64,000 nucleotides of DNA, from the NCBI GenBank assembly GCA_040954595.2, contig CM082585.2, positions 9,970,564 to 10,034,563 of the forward strand. The letters run 5' to 3'. A program made the translations under genes and the position numbers. Shown here piece after piece: positions 27,601 to 39,600 of this stretch (positions are counted from its first letter, which is position 1; every line of letters begins with the position of its first letter). This stretch comes from Balanoglossus misakiensis. Lineage: Eukaryota > Animalia > Hemichordata. The notes below the pieces were generated by a model that was not told where the DNA came from, ran no database searches, and saw nothing but the letters and a program-made list of their open reading frames with translations.

Positions 27601-27792
27601 GAGTTTAGACATCGCGGAATTCGTGTAAAGTAAAGTTTGCATCGATCGGCCGGTAAGATGTTGTGTCACTGTCAAAGTAACACGAAACCAAATCTAAAAC
27701 AATCAACTAATGCCAAAATTACCGTCATTGTAGATGTCTAAAGTGACAAAAAGCAGCGGCAGAGACTGGAAAAACCGGTATATATTCAACAT
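24635..27792 (-). CDS. DNAJC3: DnaJ homolog subfamily C member 3 (P58IPK), ER TPR + J-domain co-chaperone
   Basis: Exons (-) 27792-27723, 27294-27181, 27020-26821, 26708-26565, 26395-26214, 26059-25834, 25677-25557, 25324-25195, 25069-24921, 24777-24635. Signal sequence, VEQHLELGKQLLAAGQLADALSHY, TPR repeats, KRDYYKILGV...QWHPDNF...KFIDIAAAKEVLTDPE...GEDPLDPE, C-terminal FNFKFNFN*. Confidence 0.97.
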
Positions 27793-28131
27793 TCTTGCGT
27801 CTGCTAGCTTTCTCCCCTTACTTCCTGGTTCATTTCATTCACTTTGAGTGTTGGACATCGTGGTGAAATGTGATTGGCCCGGCAACTGTAAGGGGGCAAA
27901 GGTAAAAGGTTACACTGATATGTTTACTTCCGGGTTACTTTTCCCGTGATTCATTTATGCAAACGAATTCCAACATGGCGTCAGTTTTGAGTTCGCCTTG
28001 GTGAACTTTTACGGCGTCTGTCGCAAACTTTTTTTACTGTGTGCCAAGGAAAATCGCAATATTTAGCGCAGATATATCGTGGAAACACAAATCATCATTT
28101 GGAAATCGGATTTTTCATATTTTTGAAACAG
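27793..28131. promoter_or_regulatory. Bidirectional promoter DNAJC3/DZIP1 plus probable non-coding DZIP1 exon 1
   Basis: CpG-rich; ERSE; ETS ACTTCCGG at 27926; YY1-type CAACATGGCG at 27971. Strong donor CAG|GTAAGT at 28131/28132, with a plausible acceptor at about 30600-30604. Confidence 0.65.
27859..27877 (-). promoter_or_regulatory. ER stress response element (ERSE, CCAAT-N9-CCACG)
   Basis: Minus strand reads CCAAT CACATTTCA CCACG, an exact consensus match, 66 nt upstream of the DNAJC3 ATG. Confidence 0.85.
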
Positions 28132-30642
28132 GTAAGTTATTCTTATTGAAGCCGCTGGGCGGGGTTCAAATATTTTTGCAAGCAACAACATGCCCTGACT
28201 CCAAAACAAAGTTCATACTTGTCAGACGTGATAACTTCCTATTGTTTTCCCCGATAAGTGCCTATTGTTTTCCCGAGAAGGCGCACTTAGAGCGGAATCG
28301 GTTAATACAGTTACATAATATTTTCGGGATACAGTATTTGTAACTGTTTTTACAAGTAAAATGGTGTAATATTGCAATGGTTGTGTAGATTGCAGCATTT
28401 TGCGTCGCCCACGGTCCAGCGGCGTTGTACTGTAGCGGCGCTTGCTACATTTTGAAATGAACATGGTTTATACGATCGCCGGTGTATGCGACCCAACTCC
28501 TAGGCGACTGTGGGTTTATACGGTTGCTAATATTGGCATGCGATCGCCGCGCTCTTTTCATTCAAGTTCAATGATTTTTTTCAAAGCGTTTTCACTTAGA
28601 TGTTTATAAGTTTTAAGGCAATAATAATCACACCCGCACCGGCCGTACGCGCGACGCGTATGTCATGTATGTTTCTCGGCGTTTTACCCCCCCCCCCCCC
28701 CCTCCATCGTTGAAATGTGGAAAGCAATATTGTCAGTTGAATTATATAAATTAAAATTTAATAATCAGTGGATTTTTTGGTTTTATTTAATTTTAAAAGC
28801 AATACATTATGATAAAACAATGAATTGTTTAAGGATTGAAACCATAAAAATTGAAGGCTCCCTTGACTCTGGCTGACAAAAATATCTTTTGTACCAAGTA
28901 TTGAGGGATGTCATAACAATTACATTTATGTATGATGTGTGAACAAAAAAAAAACTACACAGCTGTTCATTGTCCATTGTTCAACAGGGATATTGAAAAC
29001 GAGGACAAAGTAAATTGTTAGAGTTGACAGAATATGAATATGGCAAGCGATAAGTACATTTTTCATCAAACGAATTTTTATTCTGCACAATGGTAGAAGG
29101 AGAGCACATGTATAGACAGATCACAAACACAAGGTTAGATGTTTGTGCTGTGTCTACATCATGTGTTTGAGATTACTCTGCATTCACTTTTGAGAAAATT
29201 ACAAACTCTAGGATTAACAGCTTGCCGTTCTGGTAAGTTGAGTGGAGCCTCAGCCTATGATATTGAGCGTACTATCCCAGGTTATTGTTTATTGGGAATG
29301 GTGACAGTTTTATTGTGGTGCGTGGTCATTGAATCGTTTAGCTTTATTCAGTCATCCTGAGAGAAGACAAACCCTGAATTGGCAATGTTCCAATGCATAC
29401 ATTCATGTTCAAACTGAGTGTGATCAAACAGGTCATATCCAGAGGGCTTATCATGCACAGAACTCAAGTGATCTCCGCACCCTCAAATTCTCAAAACCTT
29501 GTGTTGAAATGTGTTTATTAAAATAATTGTCAGTGAGTAGTTCCTTTTAATACTTAGTGTATGAGTTGTGTAAACAGGTAGTAAGGTCCTTTTTGAGGAC
29601 AGGCTCTCATCTAGAGCATAGCTGTCAAGCAACGTTACAAGTTCTGGTTGCCAGTGATCAAACTACCAGTTAGTAGGTTGCATGTAGTGTCAATGTGCAG
29701 TGCTATGAACATGGCCCCCTAGACAGTCACACTGCATGAAAAGTGAAGTCTACTCTGCAAATAATGGCAAATTTTAGAAGCTTCAGTCTCTCTTCTGTCA
29801 CTGTGTTGTGTCTGCGCCACATTACATTTTTGGACTATGTGATAAGATTAGAATATGCCAGACAATACCTATTTTTAGTGTGATCGCTGTTTTGTTCATT
29901 AAAAATCTATAACAGGCATTGCTTTCAGTCGAAAACAGTACTGTGGAATGTGGGTACACGCAAATCGAGAAAAAGTGTGACGAAAGTGGGGAGATTATTT
30001 ACTGCAATGGTAAATCTAAGTGACATCAGCTAGAGAACCCCCTCCCCCCTGCTATACATGTAAACACAGCCTGTCCATAATAGACCAAATGTGGTTAATC
30101 TGACAAAGAGGGAAGAGTCCTGAGGGATTATCGTTTCATTTTGTATACGTCACAAATATTTCAGCTTATGTGGGTGTAGTGACAGTGCAGTGAGAATGGG
30201 TACCAGATCCCCGGCTGGAAAATATGCTGGTATGTGAAAATGATACAGTTCAGTTTTATGCATGACTTCAATGGTGCTAATTAGATGTTGGATGTTACAG
30301 CATCAGTTGTTACCAGTCCCCTTTGCTTATGCCTTCATCGACAAGAGAGCTCGGTAGATATCATGTACATCGCTGCATCTTCCAAGTTTTATTTTTGCCA
30401 AGGTTTGTCTAGAGTAACGTTTCATTGGAAAGTAGGTACTAGGTGTATTGTGCATGTCTGGACATAGAAATACATATGTATGTACCATCATACTTTGAAG
30501 GCTGAATTTTAAATTGTTGAATTGATAAAAGGGAACCCTCTTTATGAATAGTTTTTCGATGCTGTATTAGTTTTTTTTCAAATATTTTTTCTTTCCCCAG
30601 ACAGGTTAGCAGAGGATACAACTCCTTTTTCCAATATTTCCT

Positions 30643-33600
30643 ATGAAGTTTGAAAATGAGAATATGGACAATATGATGCCCAGTGGATATTACAACAGCC
30701 CACGACGCCAGGCAGCTTATGCCTTTGCCAATCAGAATGGATATCCTAGTATACCAAACGGATCGCCCAGGAATGGACCGGGATTTTCATTCAGGAAGAG
30801 GTTTGAACGGATTGACTGGAGGAAAATGGGTATGCTGTCTTTCTCTGTTTATGATTCGTTTAGAATTTAAATTTTGCGAAGTTACATGTAATTGTAAATG
30901 GTTCATTGCAGTATGTGCGTCAACTGTTGACGATAAATTATCATGGATAATGTCTGTAAAATTAATGACACTCTATCATGTTACAGCTTCAGTCGATGTT
31001 GAGAGGGTCTCCAAAGACCTTGACTTCACAGTACTGCAGGACAATATTATGAACTTGACATTCTGCAACATAGAACAGGAGCTGGACACCAGAATGATCG
31101 ACCCAAATTATGTCAAACTCTTCAAACTGGCCCAGCTGACAATTGAATATTTACTGGTAAGTCTGTTTCCTAATCCACCTTTACAAGTTGTATGATTAAT
31201 TTCAGTTATAATTTCATCGCCGTGTCATCCATTTCATCTCTTGTGTTCATGTTTTTTGTCATCCAGTTGTCATGTGATCAAATAGTGCGCTCAGTCATAG
31301 CTCTGTTTACTGAACCCCTTGAAATCGAAAGCATTTGATTTTAATCAGTGTGTAAATTATTGATTACACAAAATGATCCTTTGAAAGTGTTTCAGCCAAC
31401 AAGTTGATTAAACATTTACTTTGTCGATTAGCCTAATGGTTTGTTGACCTTATTGAAATGTAATCAGATGTGAGACATTGCAAAATATTGATTTTTTTAA
31501 ACAGCTGAACTGAGACTAATCTATATGATCAAATGTATAAACAGAAAATATTGGATTATATGAAATGAAAGTCATGTATTTATTGGCAGTGATGCAGATA
31601 AGGCTGTTGTGTACTTTCAATATTGGGTATTGATAAAAGTAATGTGGCAGCTAGTCTAATTGTGCCATAAAAATAAAACGATTTTGTGGTGACTCACGTA
31701 ACCTATAAAACCTTGAATGACAATAATTGAACTTGACTTGTTGTTAGACATAGTTGACTGTCAATAAATCGGAGAGGTAGGAGTCCAATAATGTTAAGTT
31801 TCTCATTGAGTACACTGTGTTTACAAATTGATTGGGTATTTTTGAAGGTAATTTTCTCTGACAAAGCTTCTACCCGGGTCATGGACTGCCTGTTTTGTGA
31901 TACATATGATACACGTAATGACCTATCTTCTGCCCACTAACAGTATGATCCAAAAATCCCCTTTCAAAATTCATCCCATGCCAGGTTTTCCCATCCTTGA
32001 ACCCTCTGTTGTTTGTGTAAGTTTCATTCTGTCAATTGTGATTGACACCTACGTGGTAAAGCGCATCAAAGTCCTAATCCTGTCAGATACCATCCTGTTT
32101 CCATGGCAGATTGATGAAAAAAACAAGCATTTTCTGAATAAATCCTGAAAAGGCTGATGGACTGTTTTGTATGCAAAGCCACTGGTGTCATCCACTCCAT
32201 GTAGTGTGATCCCAACACCATCTGTGGTTTCCAAGGCGATTATGTTCTGTTTGACTTTATGAGTTCTATTGTATTTTTTGTATTAAAAGATGATAAACAT
32301 GGATGTTTGTACTGGTTTGCGTGCCGCCAGTAAGCTGTTTGCTACTTCAAATATGGGTTAAGTGGTCAAAGATGAATTAATGTCGCATTGTGTCTGTCTG
32401 TGTCTCTTCAATGTATTACCGTATATTCTCACAAATAAGCGCCACTTTTTAACCATTTCAAATTTTGGTGGCGCCTAAACAAAGGCAGAAATGAGTCTGT
32501 TCAAGAACCGGTGGCGCTTATTCATGGATCGCCAGGTATACTGTACCCTGTTGATTCATATGCAAATGATTTGGGACGTTCCAATCAGTGTTCTCATAAG
32601 GGAGTGTCCGTAGTGAATGAATGGCTGTTTCAAATTCATATGTAAAGTTTTAACATTTTCTATTCAAATACAGTCAGTTCAATGTATTATCTAATAAATA
32701 TTCCAGAAATAAAAAGTTGTCAACGAAGTGAATACTACGAGCAGCATTACAGTATGCTGGCTGAACCATCAACAAAATCTACTGACGTATACGTATATGG
32801 TTTAGTCCAAGTGCGTCTTTGTCATCGTGCTCTCATACATGTAAGGTCAGGCAAGGTTGCGTGAATACATGTACTCACGTTGCGTGAATATTCACGAGAA
32901 AATTAATACCGCAAACATATTCACAACTTGAAACTAGTCCTATTATTTCAAAGCCCTGGCCATATGGTCAAACTTGGGTGGTAGTGCCGGTAACGTAAGC
33001 GGCTGCCGATCGATCGACAGGAAAAAGACGAGTGTCTAGACGCCCGGCACCTGTGTCTTTTGCAGTGTGATAATTTACATAAATTAGGAGGTTGACACGT
33101 GCCCGATTTCATCTTGTAAATAAATAGCACATCAGCCCAAAGCATGCATTGTCTGCTCAGGTCAATTATTATTCACACAGCAAGCCCCCCGTTGTTTTTG
33201 ACGAGACCCCTAAACAGGTGTTACCTCGGTAGCACTTGTCATGATTCACGTACGTCCACACACCTCAAAAAAAATTCCTGGCGCTTAATTTTAAGTAAAA
33301 AGTAGCAAAGTCAGGTATCACTGGCGCCTAATCATGGGTGGCGCTTATTTGTGAGAATATACGGTACATGATTTCATGGTTATTTTGGCAAATGAAAAAT
33401 GTCCAATGTATGTACTGGTAGTTTGAACTTTGATCAATTTACTTCTGGTATTGCAACTGATGATTGGTGAGAAGACATTTAGTAAAGTATGTAATAATTT
33501 GGTTTCCTGACATCTTGCTGTGTCAGTTGTCATTGGTCTGTGATGTTGCCCCGAGTCATAATATGTTTACAACTACCAGGATATTCACATCTCAGTGTTT

Positions 33601-36600
33601 TCTGTTGCAATCTCTGCTGTAGCATTCACAAGACTACCTGGCCAACACAATCAGTATACTCGAAGAGAAACTTCACAATGCTATGCAAGAACACGAAAAC
33701 ACAAAACAGATCATCGGCAAACAGGAAGAAGAGTTGAAAGCTGTCAAGAAGGAAAACAGAAAGAGGAAGAAAATGCTGGAAGCCCAACAGTCCCTGATCC
33801 AAGCTGGTGCTAACAATTATCACAAAGTAAGGGTGGTGTGGTGCTTAATTCTAGTTGTGTCAGAACTGCAGATATGCTAAAACCTGTCTAAACCAAACAC
33901 CAACTGGATTGAAAAACTGTTAAAACCCTTATGCTACTGGGTGTCATATCTGTTTAGAGTCTCAAATCCCTTAAAATACGTATTTGCCACTTTTTCTTCT
34001 AAAACGTAATTTGACTGTCTTGACATGGCTCTCATACGTACTTAGACACACTTGGCAGTCTGAGCCCCCCGAAAAATGTACCAAATCGTACTGGTTTGTA
34101 CTGATTTGGTTTGAGGGTCTTGTATAGGCCCTACTGATTAACACACACTTGGCAGCCTAACGGGCCTGGGAGCCAGGATTCTAGGCACCCTGGAAATCAA
34201 ACCAGTTCATACTGACTTGGCAGCGTTAGGGTCAATATCATTGTATCACTCTGTGCTTTCTGTAGTGTCAGTATTGCCAGAAGGCCTTCATCAACCCCTC
34301 CTTCCTGCAAGCCCATATGCAGAGGCGCCACCCGGAATTCGTGCTCCCTCAGGCGACCCTTGACCTGCAGAACCAGGCCTCTAGGGTCAACGACCGGCTG
34401 GAGAAGGAGATTGATGATATGAGAGACCGACTGAAGCATGCTGAGAGTCAGATTGAGGAGGAGAGACGGTTGCACCAAGACCAGTTATCTGCAAGGGTGA
34501 GTCTTAACTTGATATTTGCTTTAAACTTTCCTCAATAGTCCGACAGAATTCGAGTGACTACCGCCTGGTGTCTGCATATAAATCTTGTCAACACGAATGA
34601 TTGGCAACGTTCAATATTTCAGAATATTTGAAAGAATTGCTTACTAGGTCTTTTCATCAGACAATAGAATGTAGACTGGTTTACTTGCTGTTGTATTCAA
34701 AATTCTGCATAATTGATGCCACGAATCAACAAACTCATAAAAAATGCACTATTTCAACTCTTGACATTTGGATGACACAGCCTATACGGATGTGGTTCTC
34801 AAAATAGAACATTATGAACATTTCTATTGTTACACCAGCTGTCCTTGGTGATTCATCATTTTTGTCCTTTGCATTTTTCACTCCATCTCATTAATACCAA
34901 TATGGGGGATATGACAATATGAAATAATAACGAAATGAAGGAGATACAATGAATGCAAACAAAATCTGAAGTGAATGTTGACTTTACAGTGATATCTGTT
35001 TCCAGGGTAACTATACCCTCACCTGTCTGTGTGTTCATATTTTTTAGGAACTTAGTGAGCGACAAAGACGAGATGAAGAGCAGAGAAAAGAAATGGAGAG
35101 ATGGAAACAGGAACAAATGGAAGAACAGAAAGTAAGTGTTTCTGGGAAGGAAGGAAAATTCCCATTTTCCAACTCCAAACAGAGTGGTCTTTATGCATCA
35201 GTAAAGGGAGGGGTCTTCAATTGGCCATTTTCATGACCTCTATATGACATCACTACATCCTGGTATTTCTGTTAGTATGGGGTATTCATTGAAGATTCAC
35301 GGTCGAGAAAATATGTAAATATTAGGTTGCAAATGAGTTGTTGTATAGCACCAATGTGTGATTTCTTTGACAGAGGTCGAAATTCCAAAAGAGAAGCCAG
35401 AAACCCTGCGAGAATGCCATCAAATCTTGTTAACTTTTCCATGTAAAATGTACCGGTGGTGACATGTGCCTTGTTTTGTTTCAGAGAGAGATGGACAACC
35501 GGAGTGAGATGTTTATGAAAGAACTGAAGGAAATGCATGAGAAGAATGCTAAGTCTCAGCAAGAACTTCAAGAGCTGCAGGACAAATATGGTATGTGTGC
35601 TTATTAAAACAAAAAAACAAAAAAACAAACAAACAAACAAATTAATATAAACAAAGGAATTGCGTTCGGCTGAAAAGTCCAGGTCAGTAGACATTACAAT
35701 ATCAGCAAATTGCACAAAACTGGACAAAAATTCACATGCGCATATATGGTTGGGAAACTATTGAGAAAAAGGATGTGTTGAAGTACATGTTTTTGAAATG
35801 ATTTTTATTTTGACGGCAGGCAAAAAATCCAATCTTGGGACTTTGATGGACGATGAAGAAGTCGCCGAACAGAAAGCGTTGTTACAGAAACAGAGAGATG
35901 AAATGCAGAAAATGCAAAGAGAACTCAAGAAACAGGTGAATTTTTATCAGCCTCTATTTAAAGCTCCATGAATGTCCCTTTATCACTGAAAAAATCTGTG
36001 AATGAAAAAAATGACTTATGTTCATCTTCATCCAATGGTGCATCCGTAATAGAATGAAGCCATGTCCAAAGAGATGCAGGATCAGATGAAGCTCCAAGAG
36101 AAAAGATGGAAGGATAAAATGAGAGAAATGAACGGGAAACACAGGAATGAGTTGGAAATGCTGAGTGAAGAGTTGGAACAGACCAAAATGACACTGAAAG
36201 TGGCGAGAAGTCGTGACCAGGATGGCCAGAGATATGAAAACCAAATAGATGATCTCATGAAGGTAAAATTGATTAAGAAATGTTAGTATCGAAAAATAAT
36301 TTCCACCTGGTCAAAAGCTAAGGTCAAAATTAGTGGAAAATACTGCAAAATGAGAAGATGTCACACCAGAATTTTGGCAGGAAAAAGTGTCTTGTTCAAA
36401 TGGTGAATATTAGTACACAACAATAAGTAGCACGTTGACTTCAGATGAAGGATTCATTGCATGTTGTGTGGTTTTATCCTACAGCTATCTAAAGACCAAA
36501 AGAAAATAATCAAAACACAAGACAAACAGCTGAAAGAGCTAGCAGGTAGAGTGGTAAGTGTGAATTACTACTTGTGTCATACTTGGATATCGATCAACAG

Positions 36601-39600
36601 AAAAGAAAACCTGATGTTACAAGGAAAACTGATGCAGACAGTGAGAATTGTGTCTTTTAAATCAACACTTTGACAGTGACGTACCATCGAAATAATGAAT
36701 CTGTATATTTTATCCTCATGACAGTCCAAACCACCACCATCGCCTCCAATTATCACAACTCATGAACCGAGCAGTGATGAAGAAAAGGCACCTCTAGGTA
36801 AGAAAGAAATTATTGTATTACAATATATGCATATCTATTATTCAATATGCAGTGAGAATTGGGTTCTGACTGTCATATGTATGCCATGTTCCATTTCATA
36901 CATCCCTCCAGTCATCTCCTCACAGTAGATGCACCAAGCACTCTATGATTTCATCCGTCCCATTAGAAGTGATACCACACACTATTGAGCACCGAGAATC
37001 AGCTTTTACCCATGGCTCCAAGTTCGTCCTATTTCATCGCCAAATCTACTGGAAAGGGCACCATCATGCATTGCAGATAGGCATCCCTCCACATGTATTG
37101 ACGCTTCTGTTTTTATTTCATCTTCTCATCACCAATCACTTCTGTCAGAAGGAGATCTCGATGACACATCAGAACAGATTCAGGACGAGTCCTATCTGTC
37201 ATCGGATAGTGACGCCCACCAAGGTACAACCCAGTCTGTCACCCACCAGTTCAAATCAAAAACTTGCTGCTAACTTGGTCAAAATTTCATCACCAGGATT
37301 ATGTCACTACTCTAGCAAAACACGGAAAAAAACATTCCCAATTTCTCTATATTCCAGTCAAAATGTTATCATGAGATGAAATTCTCAAATGTTATATTTT
37401 GTGAAGACACTTGTAATATACATACAGGTAGACCATGTTTTTTTTCGTGTAGGTGTTTTGAGCAGTGACAAAGTCAAAAACTCATCAGGTTTTATATAAG
37501 TATTCCAGGTTGGGGCCGTGTGTTTATTGGGTTTTAATATCATCAGCATGTCGATGATTGCATGTACTGGTACTAACCACCTTTCATCACTAACTTCACC
37601 ATTGTCATACTAGGTTTGTCATCATCATCATAACCACTGACATGTTTACATCCCAGTTCTTGTCCATCAAACTTTCTTTCCATTGTAGACTGACTTCACC
37701 GTTACGTGAATGTGGTTTGAGTTATGAATTCAGGCCAGCTGTCGTTCTCCATGGGAAATCTCTCACAAAACAGCATGAATGTTATCACAGATGAATGCAA
37801 TTGTCCCTATGCATTTATAATGAGTTTATCTATCACATTGAGAATAGTCCAGTGTTCCCTGGTATAGTAAAGCATATAACTCTTAACTCAAATCAACATC
37901 TCATTCCCATAATCATGTACATTTCATCCTAGGGGTATTTCATCCAAGCTAACACCACAACATCACTTACTTGTCATTGTTAAAAGCAGTATCAACTAAT
38001 GTCATTATTTCTCCAATTTTTTCTCCCCTTCATTAAACCTTTTCACATGCTCACATCAGATGTTGGGACGGGTAACTCAAGTCTTAAACTGGGCACCACG
38101 CTAGAAACTGTGGACGAGGCCACAGAGTTTTCTAGCGGTGTCGATAATGATCTTGAACTAACCAAAACAAAGAAAGGTAGACATGGGAGCATGTCAAGTA
38201 ATACAGTGGTCAATTTTAGCTTTATTGTGTCTTGTTTGTCTGTGTTTTATAAACTGTAATGTTGAAATATGTTCGTAGCGATTTGTGTGACTAACATTGG
38301 TGGAGTGGTGTTTCCCCTAATTTCACTGTTTTGGGAGTTCTTCTCACAGTTGTCAATGATATTCAATTCACAGTCCTTTTCTTAGTACTAACATTTTGGT
38401 TGAAGTTATACCAACACTTTTCCTGTACCAATCCTGCACCTACCACTTACAAACAACTCATGAATATTCTAATTATCAACTTGACTTACCTTTTTGCCTC
38501 CAAACAAAAATTTCACTTTAACTTTTCTTCACTCTTGCAGCTGTCTTCTTGTCTGACACCATATATTCTCTGTTACAATCTAATGACTGTTCTTTCCAGC
38601 TCACACTGAACACTGTTCGTTTACAGTCTTTGAAAATTAATGTTAAATGTGTCTTTGGGTTCTCTGAAAGGAACTGCTCATTCATTGATTATAGCCAATA
38701 GATTTATATTTACAGTGCATCCAGAATTGCAAGGAACTGAATGTGGTATTCTTGTCAGTTTCCTCACACGTCACACACATCTAGATTTCCTGTCCTTGTC
38801 AAACATCCATATGTTAATCATACATGGATTCTGTGTGTTTGCATCTTTATTGTGTACAGATCCAAGTGTAATCGCCAGCCTGAAAGAGGAATTCAGAGAG
38901 TTACTGGAGAAAAACCTGGAAGGGAGAGGTGTGAACAGGGTAAGTTTAGATTTGATGGGAGAGGTGTGAATGTGGTAAGTGATGACAGTGTTATTATCAA
39001 TATGTATCTGATCAGCAAACTAGCAAGTTATTGAACCAGTTTGTCAATATATTGAGAGGTTACTAACATTTGTTTTCGTTGAGGAAATATAATTACATCT
39101 CTTGAAATCCACAACACATTTTGTCTTCATCACAGGGAAGCCATGGAATTTCCAACCAGTCCTTCAACAGTAAAATTGCTGCGCTGAAGAAAGAGAGGCA
39201 GTTCCTGGCGAAGAAGTATCCCAAATTCTACGACACCCGTGAACACTACCGGAATGAAGTGGATCAGATAGCCAAGGAGAGATCCAAGGGAATGAAAAAG
39301 TCTCCGGGTGTCAGCAGGTCTCTTTCCGGTAATCTGGGAATAATCTTTTTTATAGTTTGTCTTCAAGACCAATATGTAGTGTGCTCATGGATATGTGTGA
39401 ATGTTTGCTATAATATACATGAATGGTTACATTCATAATGCTGTAAATGCTAAAATAAAACTCCTTTTATAAGGTTAGACTAGTCTAATGATTTCATTGA
39501 TTTGATTTAATGTGATGCATGATATATCACCATCTTGATAAAATCTTGTGTCCTGATATTCACCACCACAGCACCAGCTTCGGCATCACCGGTTGAACCC

